Shown: piece after piece, positions 21,332-32,688 of the stretch
Layout of the letters: each line of letters starts with the position of its first letter
How positions within the stretch are numbered: position 1 is the first letter of the stretch
From: TPA_inf: Saccharomyces
Lineage: Eukaryota
Length of the DNA: 64,000 nt
Direction of reading: 5' to 3'
Assembly (NCBI GenBank): GCA_000146045.2
Contig: BK006946.2
Span: 576,001 to 640,000 of the forward strand
Notes under the pieces: generated by a model
Told to the model about the DNA's origin: nothing
Database searches by the model: none
What the model saw: only the letters and a program-made list of their open reading frames with translations
Program-made: the position numbers and the translations under genes

Positions 21332-23158
21332 TTAGGAAAGTATGTCAGAAATGTTATATTCGGATTGAAACTCTTCTACAATAGTTCTGAAGTCACTTGG
21401 TTCCGTATTGTTTTCGTCCTCTTCCTCAAGCAACGATTCTTGTCTAAGCTTATTCAACGGTACCAAAGACCCGAGTCCTTTTATGAGAGAAAACATTTCA
21501 TCATTTTTCAACTCAATTATCTTAATATCATTTTGTAGTATTTTGAAAACAGGATGGTAAAACGAATCACCTGAATCTAGAAGCTGTACCTTGTCCCATA
21601 AAAGTTTTAATTTACTGAGCCTTTCGGTCAAGTAAACTAGTTTATCTAGTTTTGAACCGAATATTGTGGGCAGATTTGCAGTAAGTTCAGTTAGATCTAC
21701 TAAAAGTTGTTTGACAGCAGCCGATTCCACAAAAATTTGGTAAAAGGAGATGAAAGAGACCACGCGCGTAATGGTTTGCATCACCATCGGATGTCTGTTG
21801 AAAAACTCACTTTTTGCATGGAAGTTATTAACAATAAGACTAATGATTACCTTAGAATAATGTATAACCTTTAGTAGTGAATCTGCGGTATCATAATAAA
21901 TGAGATACATCTTAAACAATTTCCAGGAAACAGTAGATATTTGAAAAAGTGCAATAAATTTTTGAAATCTGCTGTTATTTGATCTAAAATCTTCTTCCAA
22001 CGAATCTACTTTGTATTGAAAAATATCGAGCTCCCTCCTTATAGCATCCAATGTTTTTAAGGGAGGTTTAGAACTCTTGTTCAAGTATTGATCTAAATCT
22101 CTGTCTAATGAGATGATTTTCCAATACAAGACCTCTGTGCTGTTTTCTTCCCTGTAAACATCAACGTTAGGCAAATCCTGCAAATATGCTGCATGTTGTA
22201 ATAGGGAGGATACTTCTGTATGAAGTGCAATTGGTTTGCGTGGCCCCGATTGAAGATAATCGCATCCACACAGGCGATAGAATATTCTTCCCAAGGTTAC
22301 TTTAGCGATGCTTTCAACGGGGTCATCATTAAGTAAAGGTCTAAAGTCATCCACATGAAAATTTTTAAAGGTATGGATGCACTGTGTTAGGAGCGAATTT
22401 GCCAACAACGGTTCATCGTAGGGGAAAGTTGTAGTGGCTAAAATCAGATATGCTTGAACGAGCCTTATATCGGGATGCGCCATGAAATCACATTGTTTCA
22501 ATTGGAATAATGAGCAGCGTGCAAAATTTTGGCACATGACTAATTGCATACCATCTTCCCAATTGAGCCTTTTGTTGCTACCCAAATATTCATGGAGAGG
22601 ATATACTGAAAATATTTCTGCTAACTTCTCGACTGGCATATAATAAATGCACATGGTAAAGACAGACCATATTAGTGCGTCCCAGTATTTGCCGTCTACA
22701 CTGTGATTCTTGTCTGCCCTTCTATCCCAGTACTGTTCCACCCTCAAATATAATTCACTGATATCTCCAATGGAACCAAAATACAAAGCACCTAAGTTTT
22801 CCATAGCAAAGTTCATCAATTGGAATGATTGGTCTTTTTGAAGATAATTCATCCAAAACATACATTCTTCAGTATCAGTATCCAAATTAGCTGGTGTTCT
22901 AGTAAGATCTCTTTGTTTTGTTTTGTACAGCCCAATATTCGTTATCCAATATTCATAATTTTGCCAGAATAACAATAGGTCAGGGAGATATTCCTTGGAA
23001 GATGAAGCCGTTATTAGTTTTGTTGATTTCATACATTCGGAGTCCTGTCCTCTCTTCCTGCAGTTTCCACACGGTATCATACGATCACATTTGACTTTTC
23101 GCCTCGTACACACGGAACAGGGATGCTTGGATTTCAGTTGAGTGGTACGGTTAAACAT
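21332..23158 (-). CDS. CEP3: Zn2Cys6 kinetochore protein of the CBF3 complex, 608 aa.
   Basis: The N-terminal binuclear cluster reads CSVCTRRKVKCDRMIPCGNCRKRGQDSEC. The length is 608 aa. Confidence 0.85.
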   Translation of the reverse strand: MFNRTTQLKSKHPCSVCTRRKVKCDRMIPCGNCRKRGQDSECMKSTKLITASSSKEYLPDLLLFWQNYEYWITNIGLYKTKQRDLTRTPANLDTDTEECMFWMNYLQKDQSFQLMNFAMENLGALYFGSIGDISELYLRVEQYWDRRADKNHSVDGKYWDALIWSVFTMCIYYMPVEKLAEIFSVYPLHEYLGSNKRLNWEDGMQLVMCQNFARCSLFQLKQCDFMAHPDIRLVQAYLILATTTFPYDEPLLANSLLTQCIHTFKNFHVDDFRPLLNDDPVESIAKVTLGRIFYRLCGCDYLQSGPRKPIALHTEVSSLLQHAAYLQDLPNVDVYREENSTEVLYWKIISLDRDLDQYLNKSSKPPLKTLDAIRRELDIFQYKVDSLEEDFRSNNSRFQKFIALFQISTVSWKLFKMYLIYYDTADSLLKVIHYSKVIISLIVNNFHAKSEFFNRHPMVMQTITRVVSFISFYQIFVESAAVKQLLVDLTELTANLPTIFGSKLDKLVYLTERLSKLKLLWDKVQLLDSGDSFYHPVFKILQNDIKIIELKNDEMFSLIKGLGSLVPLNKLRQESLLEEEDENNTEPSDFRTIVEEFQSEYNISDILS

Positions 23159-23351
23159 TATTATTAGGATGCAAACTCGTGTTCGTAACTTTTGTCATCA
23201 CCTGCTCTCTGAAGGTTGGTTATAATATTTCATTCTCTTACGCTTAGCTTACATGGCTGCGCGCACTTCATTTAAAGCCGTAAAAAATAAAGATTTCATA
23301 GAATATGAAGCTTTGAATCTCATGTAAACATTTATATAACTATGTAACGAA

Positions 23352-24872
23352 TTATTTATCCAATGAAAGATCCACATGGACTGATTTTATTTGTAAATAG
23401 TTATCAACGCCGGTGTCGCCTGATTCTCTACCAATACCACTCATCTTAAATCCGCCAAAAGGAACTTTAGCTTCTTCTTGATTGGTTTGATTGATCCAAA
23501 CAGTTCCTGCTTTAATATCGCGAGCAAACATGTGCGCTTTCTTGACATCTTTGGTGAAGACCGCAGAGGCGAGCCCGTAGCAAGTATCATTAGCCAGCTT
23601 CAGAGCGTCATCATAATTTGTGAACTTGCTAACAACCACAACCGGGCCAAATATTTCATCACGCAGCAACTTAGATGTTTCTGGTACATCAGTGAAGATG
23701 GTTGGGGGAATGAAGTAGCCTTTAGCTCCACCAATAGGAAATTCAGAGGTCTGGAACATGTCCAACTTTTCCTCCTTTTTACCACGTTCTATGTAACTTT
23801 TGATGCGGTCATACTGTGTACTTGATATAACTGGACCAACGATGCATTTCTCATCAAACGGATCAAATTTTCCTGCAACATCCCACTCCTTCTTTGCAGT
23901 TTCTTTAAACTTTTCAACAAACTTGTCGTAGATCGAACTTTGAACATAAACTCTTGAGTTTGCAGTGCAGATCTGTCCCGAATTAAAAAAAATACCATTT
24001 GCTACCCATTCTATAGCCTTATCAAGGTCTGCATCTTCAAATACAAGAGCAGGAGACTTACCACCGCATTCTAGTGTGATATCCTTAAGGTTCGATTGGC
24101 CGGAAGCTTCCAATACTGAGCCGCCAACCTTAGTACTTCCCGTAAAAGATATTTTGTCGATATCCATGTGGGTTCCTAAAGCTTTCCCCACAACGGAACC
24201 ATAACCAGGAATGACATTGACAACACCAGGTGGAAAACCTGCTTTTTTAATTAAAGTAGCAAAATAAAGTAGAGATAGAGAGGTATTTTCAGCAGGTTTG
24301 ATGATAACCGTGTTACCGGCCGCTAAGGCACCTTGCATTTTTCTACAAGCCATAGCTAGAGGATAATTCCATGGAACGATTTGAGCAACAACGCCAAAAG
24401 GAACTTTTAGAGTATATGCAAACTTGTTAAAAGTCAATGGAATGGTTTCACCCATATTGAACTTGTCGACCGCCCCCGCATAGTATCTTGTAAGTTCTAT
24501 AATCTGGGCTAAGTCTTGTTTAGCATTGGAATGGAAAGGCTTACCAGCGTCTAAAGTCTCTAATGCGGCAAGTGTGTCTTGCTCCTCCTCAATAAGTTTT
24601 AATAAGTTTGAAAGATAAATACCACGTTGCTCAGAAGATGTCTTCGACCAAACGTTATCAAAAGCAGCCCTGGCAGCTTTCACAGCTTTGTCTACATCCT
24701 TTTCGTTAGCTGCTTGGAAGGATGTTATCGGTTCGCCAGTAGCTGGGTTCACAGTTTCGATGGTCTTTCCATCTGATGATGGACAAAACTCATTGTTGAT
24801 AAACAACCCTAGCGGTTGCTTTAAAGAGATTTTCAATTGTGGGATTTCGATATCAGTATACAAGGTAGGCAT
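23352..24872 (-). CDS. ALD3: Cytoplasmic aldehyde dehydrogenase, 506 aa, stress-induced paralog.
   Basis: ALDH family motifs are present (catalytic Cys in GQICTA; GSTKVG, ELGG-like ECGGKSP). It is the paralog proximal to CEP3. A tandem copy lies 2210 bp away. Confidence 0.85.
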   Translation of the reverse strand: MPTLYTDIEIPQLKISLKQPLGLFINNEFCPSSDGKTIETVNPATGEPITSFQAANEKDVDKAVKAARAAFDNVWSKTSSEQRGIYLSNLLKLIEEEQDTLAALETLDAGKPFHSNAKQDLAQIIELTRYYAGAVDKFNMGETIPLTFNKFAYTLKVPFGVVAQIVPWNYPLAMACRKMQGALAAGNTVIIKPAENTSLSLLYFATLIKKAGFPPGVVNVIPGYGSVVGKALGTHMDIDKISFTGSTKVGGSVLEASGQSNLKDITLECGGKSPALVFEDADLDKAIEWVANGIFFNSGQICTANSRVYVQSSIYDKFVEKFKETAKKEWDVAGKFDPFDEKCIVGPVISSTQYDRIKSYIERGKKEEKLDMFQTSEFPIGGAKGYFIPPTIFTDVPETSKLLRDEIFGPVVVVSKFTNYDDALKLANDTCYGLASAVFTKDVKKAHMFARDIKAGTVWINQTNQEEAKVPFGGFKMSGIGRESGDTGVDNYLQIKSVHVDLSLDK

Positions 24873-25106
24873 TTTTCTTTTGGCTAATTTTCTAAATGTG
24901 TATAATCTATATCTCTATGATACAAGTCCAAGGTATAATTACCTGGCATGAGTCAAATTTATTCCCATCCAGATTTGCCATTTTATACAATTAGTTTCTG
25001 AGGTATGATCAGTTAAATCTACGCTATTCGTTTGAACAATCTCCCTGTCTCCTCCCTAAACTTACTAATTCCTTAACCCTTAGGGAGTTTAGCAATCAGC
25101 TTAAGA

Positions 25107-25234
25107 AGGGGGCTGATCAACAATCCGGTTCAAGTCTTGGATTAGCAGTAATGAAAATCCCTAAATGCACTAAAGGGCGTGGAAGAAAGGTACTGTAGAG
25201 TTCTAATAGTGATACTTTCCTTGTACTCCAGGGG
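25107..25234. promoter_or_regulatory. Two AGGGG stress-response elements (STRE) 235 and 358 bp upstream of the ALD3 ATG.
   Basis: gaagggggctg at 25107-25111 and ccagggggggaag at 25230-25234. The STRE core CCCCT/AGGGG is the Msn2/Msn4 site. Confidence 0.6.
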
Positions 25235-25561
25235 GGGAAGGAAGAACAGACGTCATATGCAGAAAAAGAAAAAAAAAAGACGGAAGATCTACGTAATGGT
25301 GGGAATAGAGAAAACTAACACGCAAGTATAATTTCTTGACACAAAAATAAATCTCACTGAGTTTATAGCTCTATTTTTTTACCATCTTAAGGGATTTCTA
25401 GGACCTAGTAACAACAATTGTTCCGCATGCTGAAATAATGGTGCTTACAGTTTTATATCGAGTAGTGGACTACTACTGTTTGCTAGACTGTCAACATATT
25501 CATCCGTCGTCAGGCTAAGCTATTTAGGTACTTACGCACTTACATAATGATAACTATCACA

Positions 25562-27082
25562 TTAGTTGTCCAAAGAGAGATTTATGTGAACTGCTTTTGT
25601 TTGAAGATAGGTATCAACACCACTTTGCCCCAGTTCTCTACCAATACCACTCATTTTAAACCCGCCAAAAGGAACGGTAACATCTTCATCGTTAGATGAG
25701 TTGATCCAAACAGTTCCTGCTTTAATATCGCGAGCAAACATGTGCGCTTTCTTGACATCTTTTGTGAAGACCGCAGAGGCGAGCCCGTAGCAAGTATCAT
25801 TAGCCAGCTTCAGAGCGTCATCATAATTTGTGAACTTGCTAACAACCACAACCGGGCCAAATATCTCATCCTGTAACAGTTTCGATGTTTGCGGGACATC
25901 AGTGAAGATGGTTGGGGGAATGAAGTAGCCTTTAGCTCCACCAATAGGAAATTCAGAGGTCTGGAACATGTCCAACTTTTCCTCCCTTTTACCACGTTCT
26001 ATGTAACTTTTGATGCGGTCATACTGTGTACTTGATATAACTGGACCAACGATGCATTTCTCATCAAACGGATCAAATTTTCCTGCAACATCCCACTCCT
26101 TCTTTGCAGTTTCTTTAAACTTTTCAACAAACTTGTCGTAGATCGAACTTTGAACATAAACTCTTGAGTTTGCGGTACAATTCTGTCCTGAATTGTAGAA
26201 AATGCCAGCTGCTATCCAATCGATAGCCTTATCAAGGTCTGCATCTTCAAATACGAGAGCAGGAGACTTACCACCGCATTCTAGTGTAACGTCTTTAAGG
26301 TTCGATTGGCCGGAAGCTTCCAACACAAATCCACCGACCTTGGTGCTTCCCGTAAAAGATATTTTGTCGATATCCATGTGAGATGCTAGGGCTTGGCCTA
26401 CAAGTGATCCATAACCAGGAACGATATTGACAACACCAGGTGGAAAACCTGCTTTTTTAATTAAAGTAGCAAAATAAAGTAGAGATAGAGAGGTATTCTC
26501 AGCAGGTTTGATGATAACCGTGTTACCGGCTGCTAAGGCACCTTGCAATTTCCAACAAGCCATAGCTAGAGGATAATTCCATGGAACGATTTGAGCAACA
26601 ACGCCAAAAGGAACTTTTAGAGTATATGCAAACTTGTTAAAAGTCAATGGTATGGTTGCACCTTTGTCAAACTTATCAGCGGACCCAGCAAAATATCTGG
26701 TAAGCTGTAAAATTTGTGCCAAATCACCTTTGGCATTTGAATGGTAAGGCTTTCCAGCGTCTAAAGTCTCTAATGCGGCAAGTGTGTCTTGCTCCTCCTC
26801 AATAAGTTTTAATAAGTTTGAAAGATAAATACCACGTTGCTCAGAAGATGTCTTCGACCAAACGTTATCAAAAGCAGCCCTGGCAGCTTTCACAGCTTTG
26901 TCTACATCCTTTTCGTTAGCTGCTTGGAAGGATGTTATCGGTTCGCCAGTAGCTGGGTTCACAGTTTCGATGGTCTTTCCATCTGATGATGGACAAAACT
27001 CATTGTTGATAAACAACCCTAGCGGTTGCTTTAAAGAGATTTTCAATTGTGGGATTTCGATATCAGTATACAAGGTAGGCAT
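25562..27082 (-). CDS. ALD2: Cytoplasmic aldehyde dehydrogenase, 506 aa, tandem paralog of ALD3.
   Basis: It has the same ALDH motifs (GQNCTA, ECGGKSP). It is about 92% identical to the upstream copy. The ALD2/ALD3 assignment is by position (distal to CEP3). Confidence 0.8.
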   Translation of the reverse strand: MPTLYTDIEIPQLKISLKQPLGLFINNEFCPSSDGKTIETVNPATGEPITSFQAANEKDVDKAVKAARAAFDNVWSKTSSEQRGIYLSNLLKLIEEEQDTLAALETLDAGKPYHSNAKGDLAQILQLTRYFAGSADKFDKGATIPLTFNKFAYTLKVPFGVVAQIVPWNYPLAMACWKLQGALAAGNTVIIKPAENTSLSLLYFATLIKKAGFPPGVVNIVPGYGSLVGQALASHMDIDKISFTGSTKVGGFVLEASGQSNLKDVTLECGGKSPALVFEDADLDKAIDWIAAGIFYNSGQNCTANSRVYVQSSIYDKFVEKFKETAKKEWDVAGKFDPFDEKCIVGPVISSTQYDRIKSYIERGKREEKLDMFQTSEFPIGGAKGYFIPPTIFTDVPQTSKLLQDEIFGPVVVVSKFTNYDDALKLANDTCYGLASAVFTKDVKKAHMFARDIKAGTVWINSSNDEDVTVPFGGFKMSGIGRELGQSGVDTYLQTKAVHINLSLDN

Positions 27083-27867
27083 TTTTCTTTTGGCTTATTT
27101 TCACGATTGTTTTTGATGGACATGCAATGTAAAAATGATAGGAATGGGCCAAAAGTATTTTTAAGGATTCGCTCCCTTTATATGAACATTCTTGAGCAAA
27201 ATTCGGGATATGATCAGTGAGTGTCGACAAGATTGCATCCCTAATGTTTAAACGAGTTAAAAAAACTCATCATTGGATAGGAGTAACCAATAAAGGGTAT
27301 ATGATTGCTATTATTAGTATCCAAAAGCCGCCGGGAACATCATAGGGCGTTAGCAAGTAAACGCATGGCACGATAATGGCAACCTTGTTTCTTCTGGCGG
27401 CAAAAGATAAGGCAATGCAAAATAAAAAACGAGAAAAAAAAAATGATAGAAGGGAAAGATAAGCAAATTTTCTTTCGAGCTGGAACGCTTCATTTTAATC
27501 TCACGCATTTGCAACCCATGCTGATGTCTGAAGCGCTGACAAATACTTCATACGTTCTTCTTGTGACACATTAAGAGGTAGCACGGAGGTGCAAGTAAAG
27601 ATGGCAAAAGTACGGAAAGTAAGAAGGAAGTTTGCGGGTCAACCAGTTGCCCTTACTAGTGTACGTAAACATATGTATATATGTATGTAAATATCTATAT
27701 GCTGCACTGCGATATCGAGTAGGTGATAGCGTTGAAACCCTCAATAAGGAAGAAAACGTTATAAATTGCAATGTTTTTAAAAAATGGTGGCTCTGCGTAA
27801 TACAGCGCAAAAAAAGATAACTGACCGGGGCTAGTGTTTCAGCCTTACTATCTCATGCATTTTCGTA

Positions 27868-29520
27868 TTATATGCCATGCATCCTGCTTTCGTAATCATC
27901 AAATTCTGAAAATTGTTCGGGATCTCTCTCGTGATCATTTTCATCTTCGTTATCATTATCAACACTATCGAAAGATGCTTCATCAGTAATTAAATTTCTG
28001 CTCGTTCCAATAATTCGTCCGCTTATTGCTGATTTATCATTTTTCGAATGATGTTCATCGTCCGAGTAACTTGGTGGTAGCATAGGTAAGGAATCTAGAT
28101 TAATTTCCTCATTGATGATCTTCTTTCCAGTGGGAGGGGACATAGTGAATTCAAATCCAGGTGGTGGCGGTAATATTTCACCGTTTCTTATAATTATATC
28201 ATCATTGAGATTTGTAGTACTACCAGCCGCAATATTGTCGCTATCACCGTCTGAAAAATCTTCGTCGAAATCATTGTCTTCACCACCGCTTTCTAATAGG
28301 GTATCTTTACCGTAGTCTTCGTAAGAAGGAGGAGGTAATTTAATGCCGTTTGACTTTGCGTATCCCCATTTTTTAACGTTTGCTTCTATATAAACAAAGC
28401 CATAAGTGCCGAAATTCACATGAATTTGACAAGGTACGTTGGAGCCAATGATCGGGTATAGGTATTGGAATTTCCAGCCGCGGATATGACCACCAACAGA
28501 TTTTTCATTTAGTTTTTTTCCGTTCCTGGTGAAAAATACTGTTCCACTACGTGACCTATAGCCAATGCCAACAATGTCTCCCTTTTCACACTGTGGAAAT
28601 AACGTTCTTAATTGCTCATTTAGTTTGAAGGAGTCATTAAATCTTCTGGCGCCGTTAGAATCGTATGCTATCGAATGGTGGTGTCTTCCCGGTAACCTGA
28701 AATATGGATAAGGCTGTGTGGAAAGACCAAATGAGATGACACCTTTCGATACATTTTCATCACTGTTTAGTGGGCCATCCGTTTCAAATATCTTGAATTC
28801 ACAATAATATACTTTATTTATACACGGAATGGGTAGATTTGTGGATATAGAAGCATCATAATTATAATTTAGAAAAGAAACCTCTGTTTTATTTTCCACT
28901 ATGACAGTATGGTTTGGCATATCAGGATTTGGGCTAAACTCCCATGCATAAGCCCCCTCTTCTTGAATATATTGCCTTGTTTGCTCGTTCATAATAGGGT
29001 CTTCACGGGTGGTGTCTGGATTGCTATCTTCGGACTGTTGTAAAAGTCCCTGGTTAAGCAGAAATGGTGGGTTCTGCTTGATATACTCCTCACCTTGCTT
29101 ATAATAAAACTGCTCTTCAGGTGACAACTGTGCCAGCTTATCTCTTACTTCATCAGCATCGTCAAGATTGTTGGGCCACCTTAAACTCATGTTTTCCATT
29201 AATCTTCTGCTATGAACGTGTGCATTATTTTCGTCATAATCGCTGAATAAAGATATTCTTTGGCCAGGGCCATGCTCATTATAATATGCAGTTATAAGCC
29301 GCGTAGCTATCTGTTTTGTAAAAAAATAAACGATACAGATGACGATGTAGACCACGATTAAGGTTCCAAACGCAAACAACATTATATCCATGTTAAGTTC
29401 GTCAGTATCGTCTCCCCCATAAGATACATCGCCACGGGGGATCACCGAAGATCTACCACACCGTATTTGTCCGCTTATCGAACCGAGAAGCAGCGATTCT
29501 ATCAGAAACTTGAATGACAT
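27868..29520 (-). CDS. EAR1: Rsp5 adaptor of the endosomal sorting pathway with a SPRY domain and PY motifs, 550 aa.
   Basis: There is an N-terminal signal/TM ([14 protein letters not shown]... and [20 protein letters not shown]). The PY motifs LPPPSY and LPPSY are present. There is a SPRY-like core. The length is 550 aa. Confidence 0.8.
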
Positions 29521-29980
29521 TTGCTTTTTTATATAGAAAAAAAATTTGGCTCTCCAAACTTTAAGATTTTTTATAATTATTAACCAATGACAATATAGAT
29601 AACTTGAAACAACTCTTGAAAATTTTGTAGTTAGGCACCAGTCCTTTGGTTTTTCAATGTTCTATAAAAAATCACTCCTCCATGCAGCAGTAAAGCGCTA
29701 TTCTCAAAAATAGCTCAACCTGAGAGAGGAAGAAAGAGCAGTAGTAAATAGAGCAAGGTTCTTAAAGCCTGTATCAATGAAATTTTGTTATGGCGTTTAT
29801 ATGGATAACCTGGAATTTGCCTTTTTTCTTTATAGCGCACCGTTCCGAAGAAAAAAATAAAAAAAAAGGGCCGACGGAGGGTTAGGTCAAATTAAATATT
29901 GAGCTAGGTTTAGTTATCTCTTTTTTAGGTTTTTTATATACAAAAAAGATTATATTTAGGGTACATATGGCTGGAGCATA

Positions 29981-32140
29981 ATGTCTGGAATGGGTATTGC
30001 GATTCTTTGCATCGTACGTACAAAGATTTATAGGATAACCATCAGCTTCGATTATTCTACACTGATGAGCCCTTTCTTCTTATTCTTAATGATGCCCACT
30101 ACATTAAAGGATGGGTACAGGATGAATAGTCAAGTAAATGAAGATGCTATAGGTATCAATCTTGACCTCTCACTGCCCACTCACATTTCGCCTACGACTG
30201 GTTCAGAGAGCGCCAGTGGCAGTAACGCCAGTACACTTCGCAACGATGGAAATGCACTAGATGGAGGTCTTTTGAGGACTTCAGCAGCGATTTCAGCACC
30301 CACAGGTACCAGTCAACCAACAGAAACTATTGGTGAAAAACTGAGTAATGAAGAGCGGGTGAACTCGAATGTTTCCGCTTCGAACTCGACAACGGCGGGT
30401 ACAGGGCGTATGTTAAGCCAATCCTTGACTAATGATTCACCGTCGAACGAAATATCGACGGATCAGTTGAAGATTTTTCAAAGAATGGACGAAATGAGTG
30501 CCCGAATGATTGAGATGGAGGAAAGCTTCAACAAGTTATCTAATAAGATCGCGGAACAGAATACAATGGTTTTAAACCTAAAACAAGATAACTATAAAGT
30601 TATGAACAAATTGAATATATTACTTAAGTTGGTTGCGCAGCCAAGCGCGCGCCCAAGCACAAACAATGCCCAAAATAAGCTTGCTATCGAATTGCTAAAT
30701 TCGATATCAGCCGTTAGTAGTGCTTACTTGCAGAAAATGCAGAATAATGGCTCTGGTAGACAGCATACTGCTGATTTATGTACAGGAGATTCCAACACCC
30801 ATTCTGGTATCAACCAGCATCGGACTACGAATGGAACCATAGATGTGAATACGAATACTGCACAGCTAAACAACCAATTTTCTAACGCACTAAATACTAT
30901 CTTACCTGATCAGCAGCATAATCGAAATAATGTTTCCCAAAATATAAACCAATCGCTCCCTAACCGACAACTTGGTCCTGTTATAAACACACAAGCCAAT
31001 CAGAACCAGTCGCAGGTTTTAATTCATAACACAAATACACATCAGCAGGTAAATCGCTCGCCTATTAGTTTCCCGAACGCTTCAACTGACAAGCCATTCA
31101 AGTTGAACCCAAATGGGATTAAACGGCGCAGAAGAAATACGCAAAGTAACAACAATGCGAGCACAAATGACCATGCTAGTGCTGCACAAAAGCCCATATC
31201 AGCCCTATCTCCATTAACGAATTCTCATAATTCTACAACTAGCATGAATTATACCAATTCTTCCATTCATTCAGGCGTCACCAGTGCTTCAAATTCATTT
31301 CATGACTTAAATTCATTGAATAACTTTGGCACGACAACAGCTTTAAGTTTGCCCAGCTTAGCCCTAGATAACGCTTCTTTTCCCCCAAATCAAAATGTTA
31401 TACCCCCTATTATAAATAATACCCAGCAGCCTCTATCATTTTCCCAATTGATCAATCAGGATAGCACGACATCTGAATTGTTACCGAGTGGTAAGTCAGG
31501 GGTGAACACGAATATTGTAAATAGAAACAGAGCTTCTACTCTACCGTCGTACCCAAAACCAATGACAGTGAAAAGTAATGTCGACGATGATGGCTATCAA
31601 GAGGATGATGATGATGACGGTGATGACGAAGGTGATGGAAGGGATAATGAAGAAGACAGCACTGCTGAGGAAGATGAAGTAGATGATGAAATCGAAACAG
31701 ATATGAAGAACGCTTCGATTAACAAGCGGAGGAGGAGCTTGCATCATAAAAAAAGTAACTCTTTAAACGGTAGAAGAAAGCTTCACGGCGAGTCGGCTAC
31801 TAAGCCCAACATAAACTCTGATTTACATTATAGGATATTGAAGGCTCCCACTGACGTAAAGACTATATGGGAAGAGTATGATACTGGAATAAGAGGAAAG
31901 CCATCGATCAAGCATCTTGAGGCCAAGTATGGTAACAAGTGGAGGCTCAATAAAAATAAGAAGACCTTTTCAAGGCGAAAAAGATTGTACAAGTTCATTC
32001 TGAACGGTATGGAGAGAGGTAAAACGGCACAAGAGATGATAGAAACCTTAGAGAACAAAAGGCTATATAAAGATGATGAGGATGGCGAAGTAAAGAAAAG
32101 AACCATTGGCTGGTTGCAAGAGAGCCTTGCTGGAATATAG
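29981..32140 (+). CDS. HOT1: Osmostress transcription factor (Hog1-dependent), 719 aa.
   Basis: The length is 719 aa. The central region is low-complexity and rich in N, S and T. The C-terminal conserved region reads [29 protein letters not shown], typical of the GCR1_C-like domain shared with Msn1 and Gcr1. Confidence 0.8.
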   Translation: MSGMGIAILCIVRTKIYRITISFDYSTLMSPFFLFLMMPTTLKDGYRMNSQVNEDAIGINLDLSLPTHISPTTGSESASGSNASTLRNDGNALDGGLLRTSAAISAPTGTSQPTETIGEKLSNEERVNSNVSASNSTTAGTGRMLSQSLTNDSPSNEISTDQLKIFQRMDEMSARMIEMEESFNKLSNKIAEQNTMVLNLKQDNYKVMNKLNILLKLVAQPSARPSTNNAQNKLAIELLNSISAVSSAYLQKMQNNGSGRQHTADLCTGDSNTHSGINQHRTTNGTIDVNTNTAQLNNQFSNALNTILPDQQHNRNNVSQNINQSLPNRQLGPVINTQANQNQSQVLIHNTNTHQQVNRSPISFPNASTDKPFKLNPNGIKRRRRNTQSNNNASTNDHASAAQKPISALSPLTNSHNSTTSMNYTNSSIHSGVTSASNSFHDLNSLNNFGTTTALSLPSLALDNASFPPNQNVIPPIINNTQQPLSFSQLINQDSTTSELLPSGKSGVNTNIVNRNRASTLPSYPKPMTVKSNVDDDGYQEDDDDDGDDEGDGRDNEEDSTAEEDEVDDEIETDMKNASINKRRRSLHHKKSNSLNGRRKLHGESATKPNINSDLHYRILKAPTDVKTIWEEYDTGIRGKPSIKHLEAKYGNKWRLNKNKKTFSRRKRLYKFILNGMERGKTAQEMIETLENKRLYKDDEDGEVKKRTIGWLQESLAGI

Positions 32141-32432
32141 GCACGTACGATAGTAAATAATCGTTTACAATCATAGGAAGGAAGGAAAAAACAAGTGTAA
32201 CATAAATACATTCTGTAAATCTACAAAAATCGTTAGTGCTGTTTTCTTTTTGAGATTGAAAAGTACGAATCATACACATCTCTTATTCTGAGAAGGGTGC
32301 ATATGACGTAAATCAATGCGTACAAAGCGGTTTCCGGTGCTGGCCTGGCCCACCACAGTTTTGGCGTGGTTGATTTTAAAAACCTTCGGGAAGGTGAAAA
32401 AACCACTCCGAAGGTTCGAGGATGACAAATCG

Positions 32433-32558
32433 CCCCTTAGCTGTGGCCATACAAGCTTGGCACCGACGAAAAAGGGAAAAAGGAAAAGAATGTCGTACAA
32501 GAACTCTTACAACCACGTTGAGATTTCATTTAACAACGCCCCCCTTTCCATTATATAA
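32433..32558 (+). promoter_or_regulatory. DDR48 promoter with CCCCT STREs at 32433-32437 and 32541-32545 and a TATATAA box at 32552-32558.
   Basis: The sequences are cgccccttag, and gcccccctttccattatataagaagg about 130 bp upstream of the ATG. Confidence 0.6.
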
Positions 32559-32688
32559 GAAGGCATTAATTTTTATGTAATAAAAAAAGAATTTCTCGAA
32601 AATGTCTTACAATTAATTTTTTCTTTTGTAGAGTAGGGCTTTAATAGACTGATATATACGGTATTATAAGTGAACGAAAAAAACAGCA

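Larger units (their letters stand above)
23352..27105 (-). repeat. Tandem direct duplication of a roughly 1.54 kb unit with period 2210 bp (ALD3 and ALD2 CDS plus about 20 bp of 5' UTR).
   Basis: Segments 24540-24895 and 26750-27105 are identical base for base. The central parts of the units are about 90% identical. Similarity ends about 20 bp upstream of each ATG and at the last about 15 codons. Confidence 0.9.

Noticed and set aside
23600-25995. Pair of near-identical 61-aa ORFs (23600-23785 and 25810-25995), and identical 87/72-aa ORFs at the ALD gene 5' ends.
   Set aside because: Their duplication is a by-product of the ALD3/ALD2 tandem duplication, since they are alternate-frame readings of the ALDH coding sequence. 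It is not evidence of conserved overlapping genes.
27083-27867. STRE elements upstream of ALD2 comparable to those of ALD3.
   Set aside because: I scanned the interval and found only three-C (CCCT) matches and no perfect CCCCT or AGGGG. I therefore did not annotate STREs there, even though ALD2 is reported to be stress-inducible.
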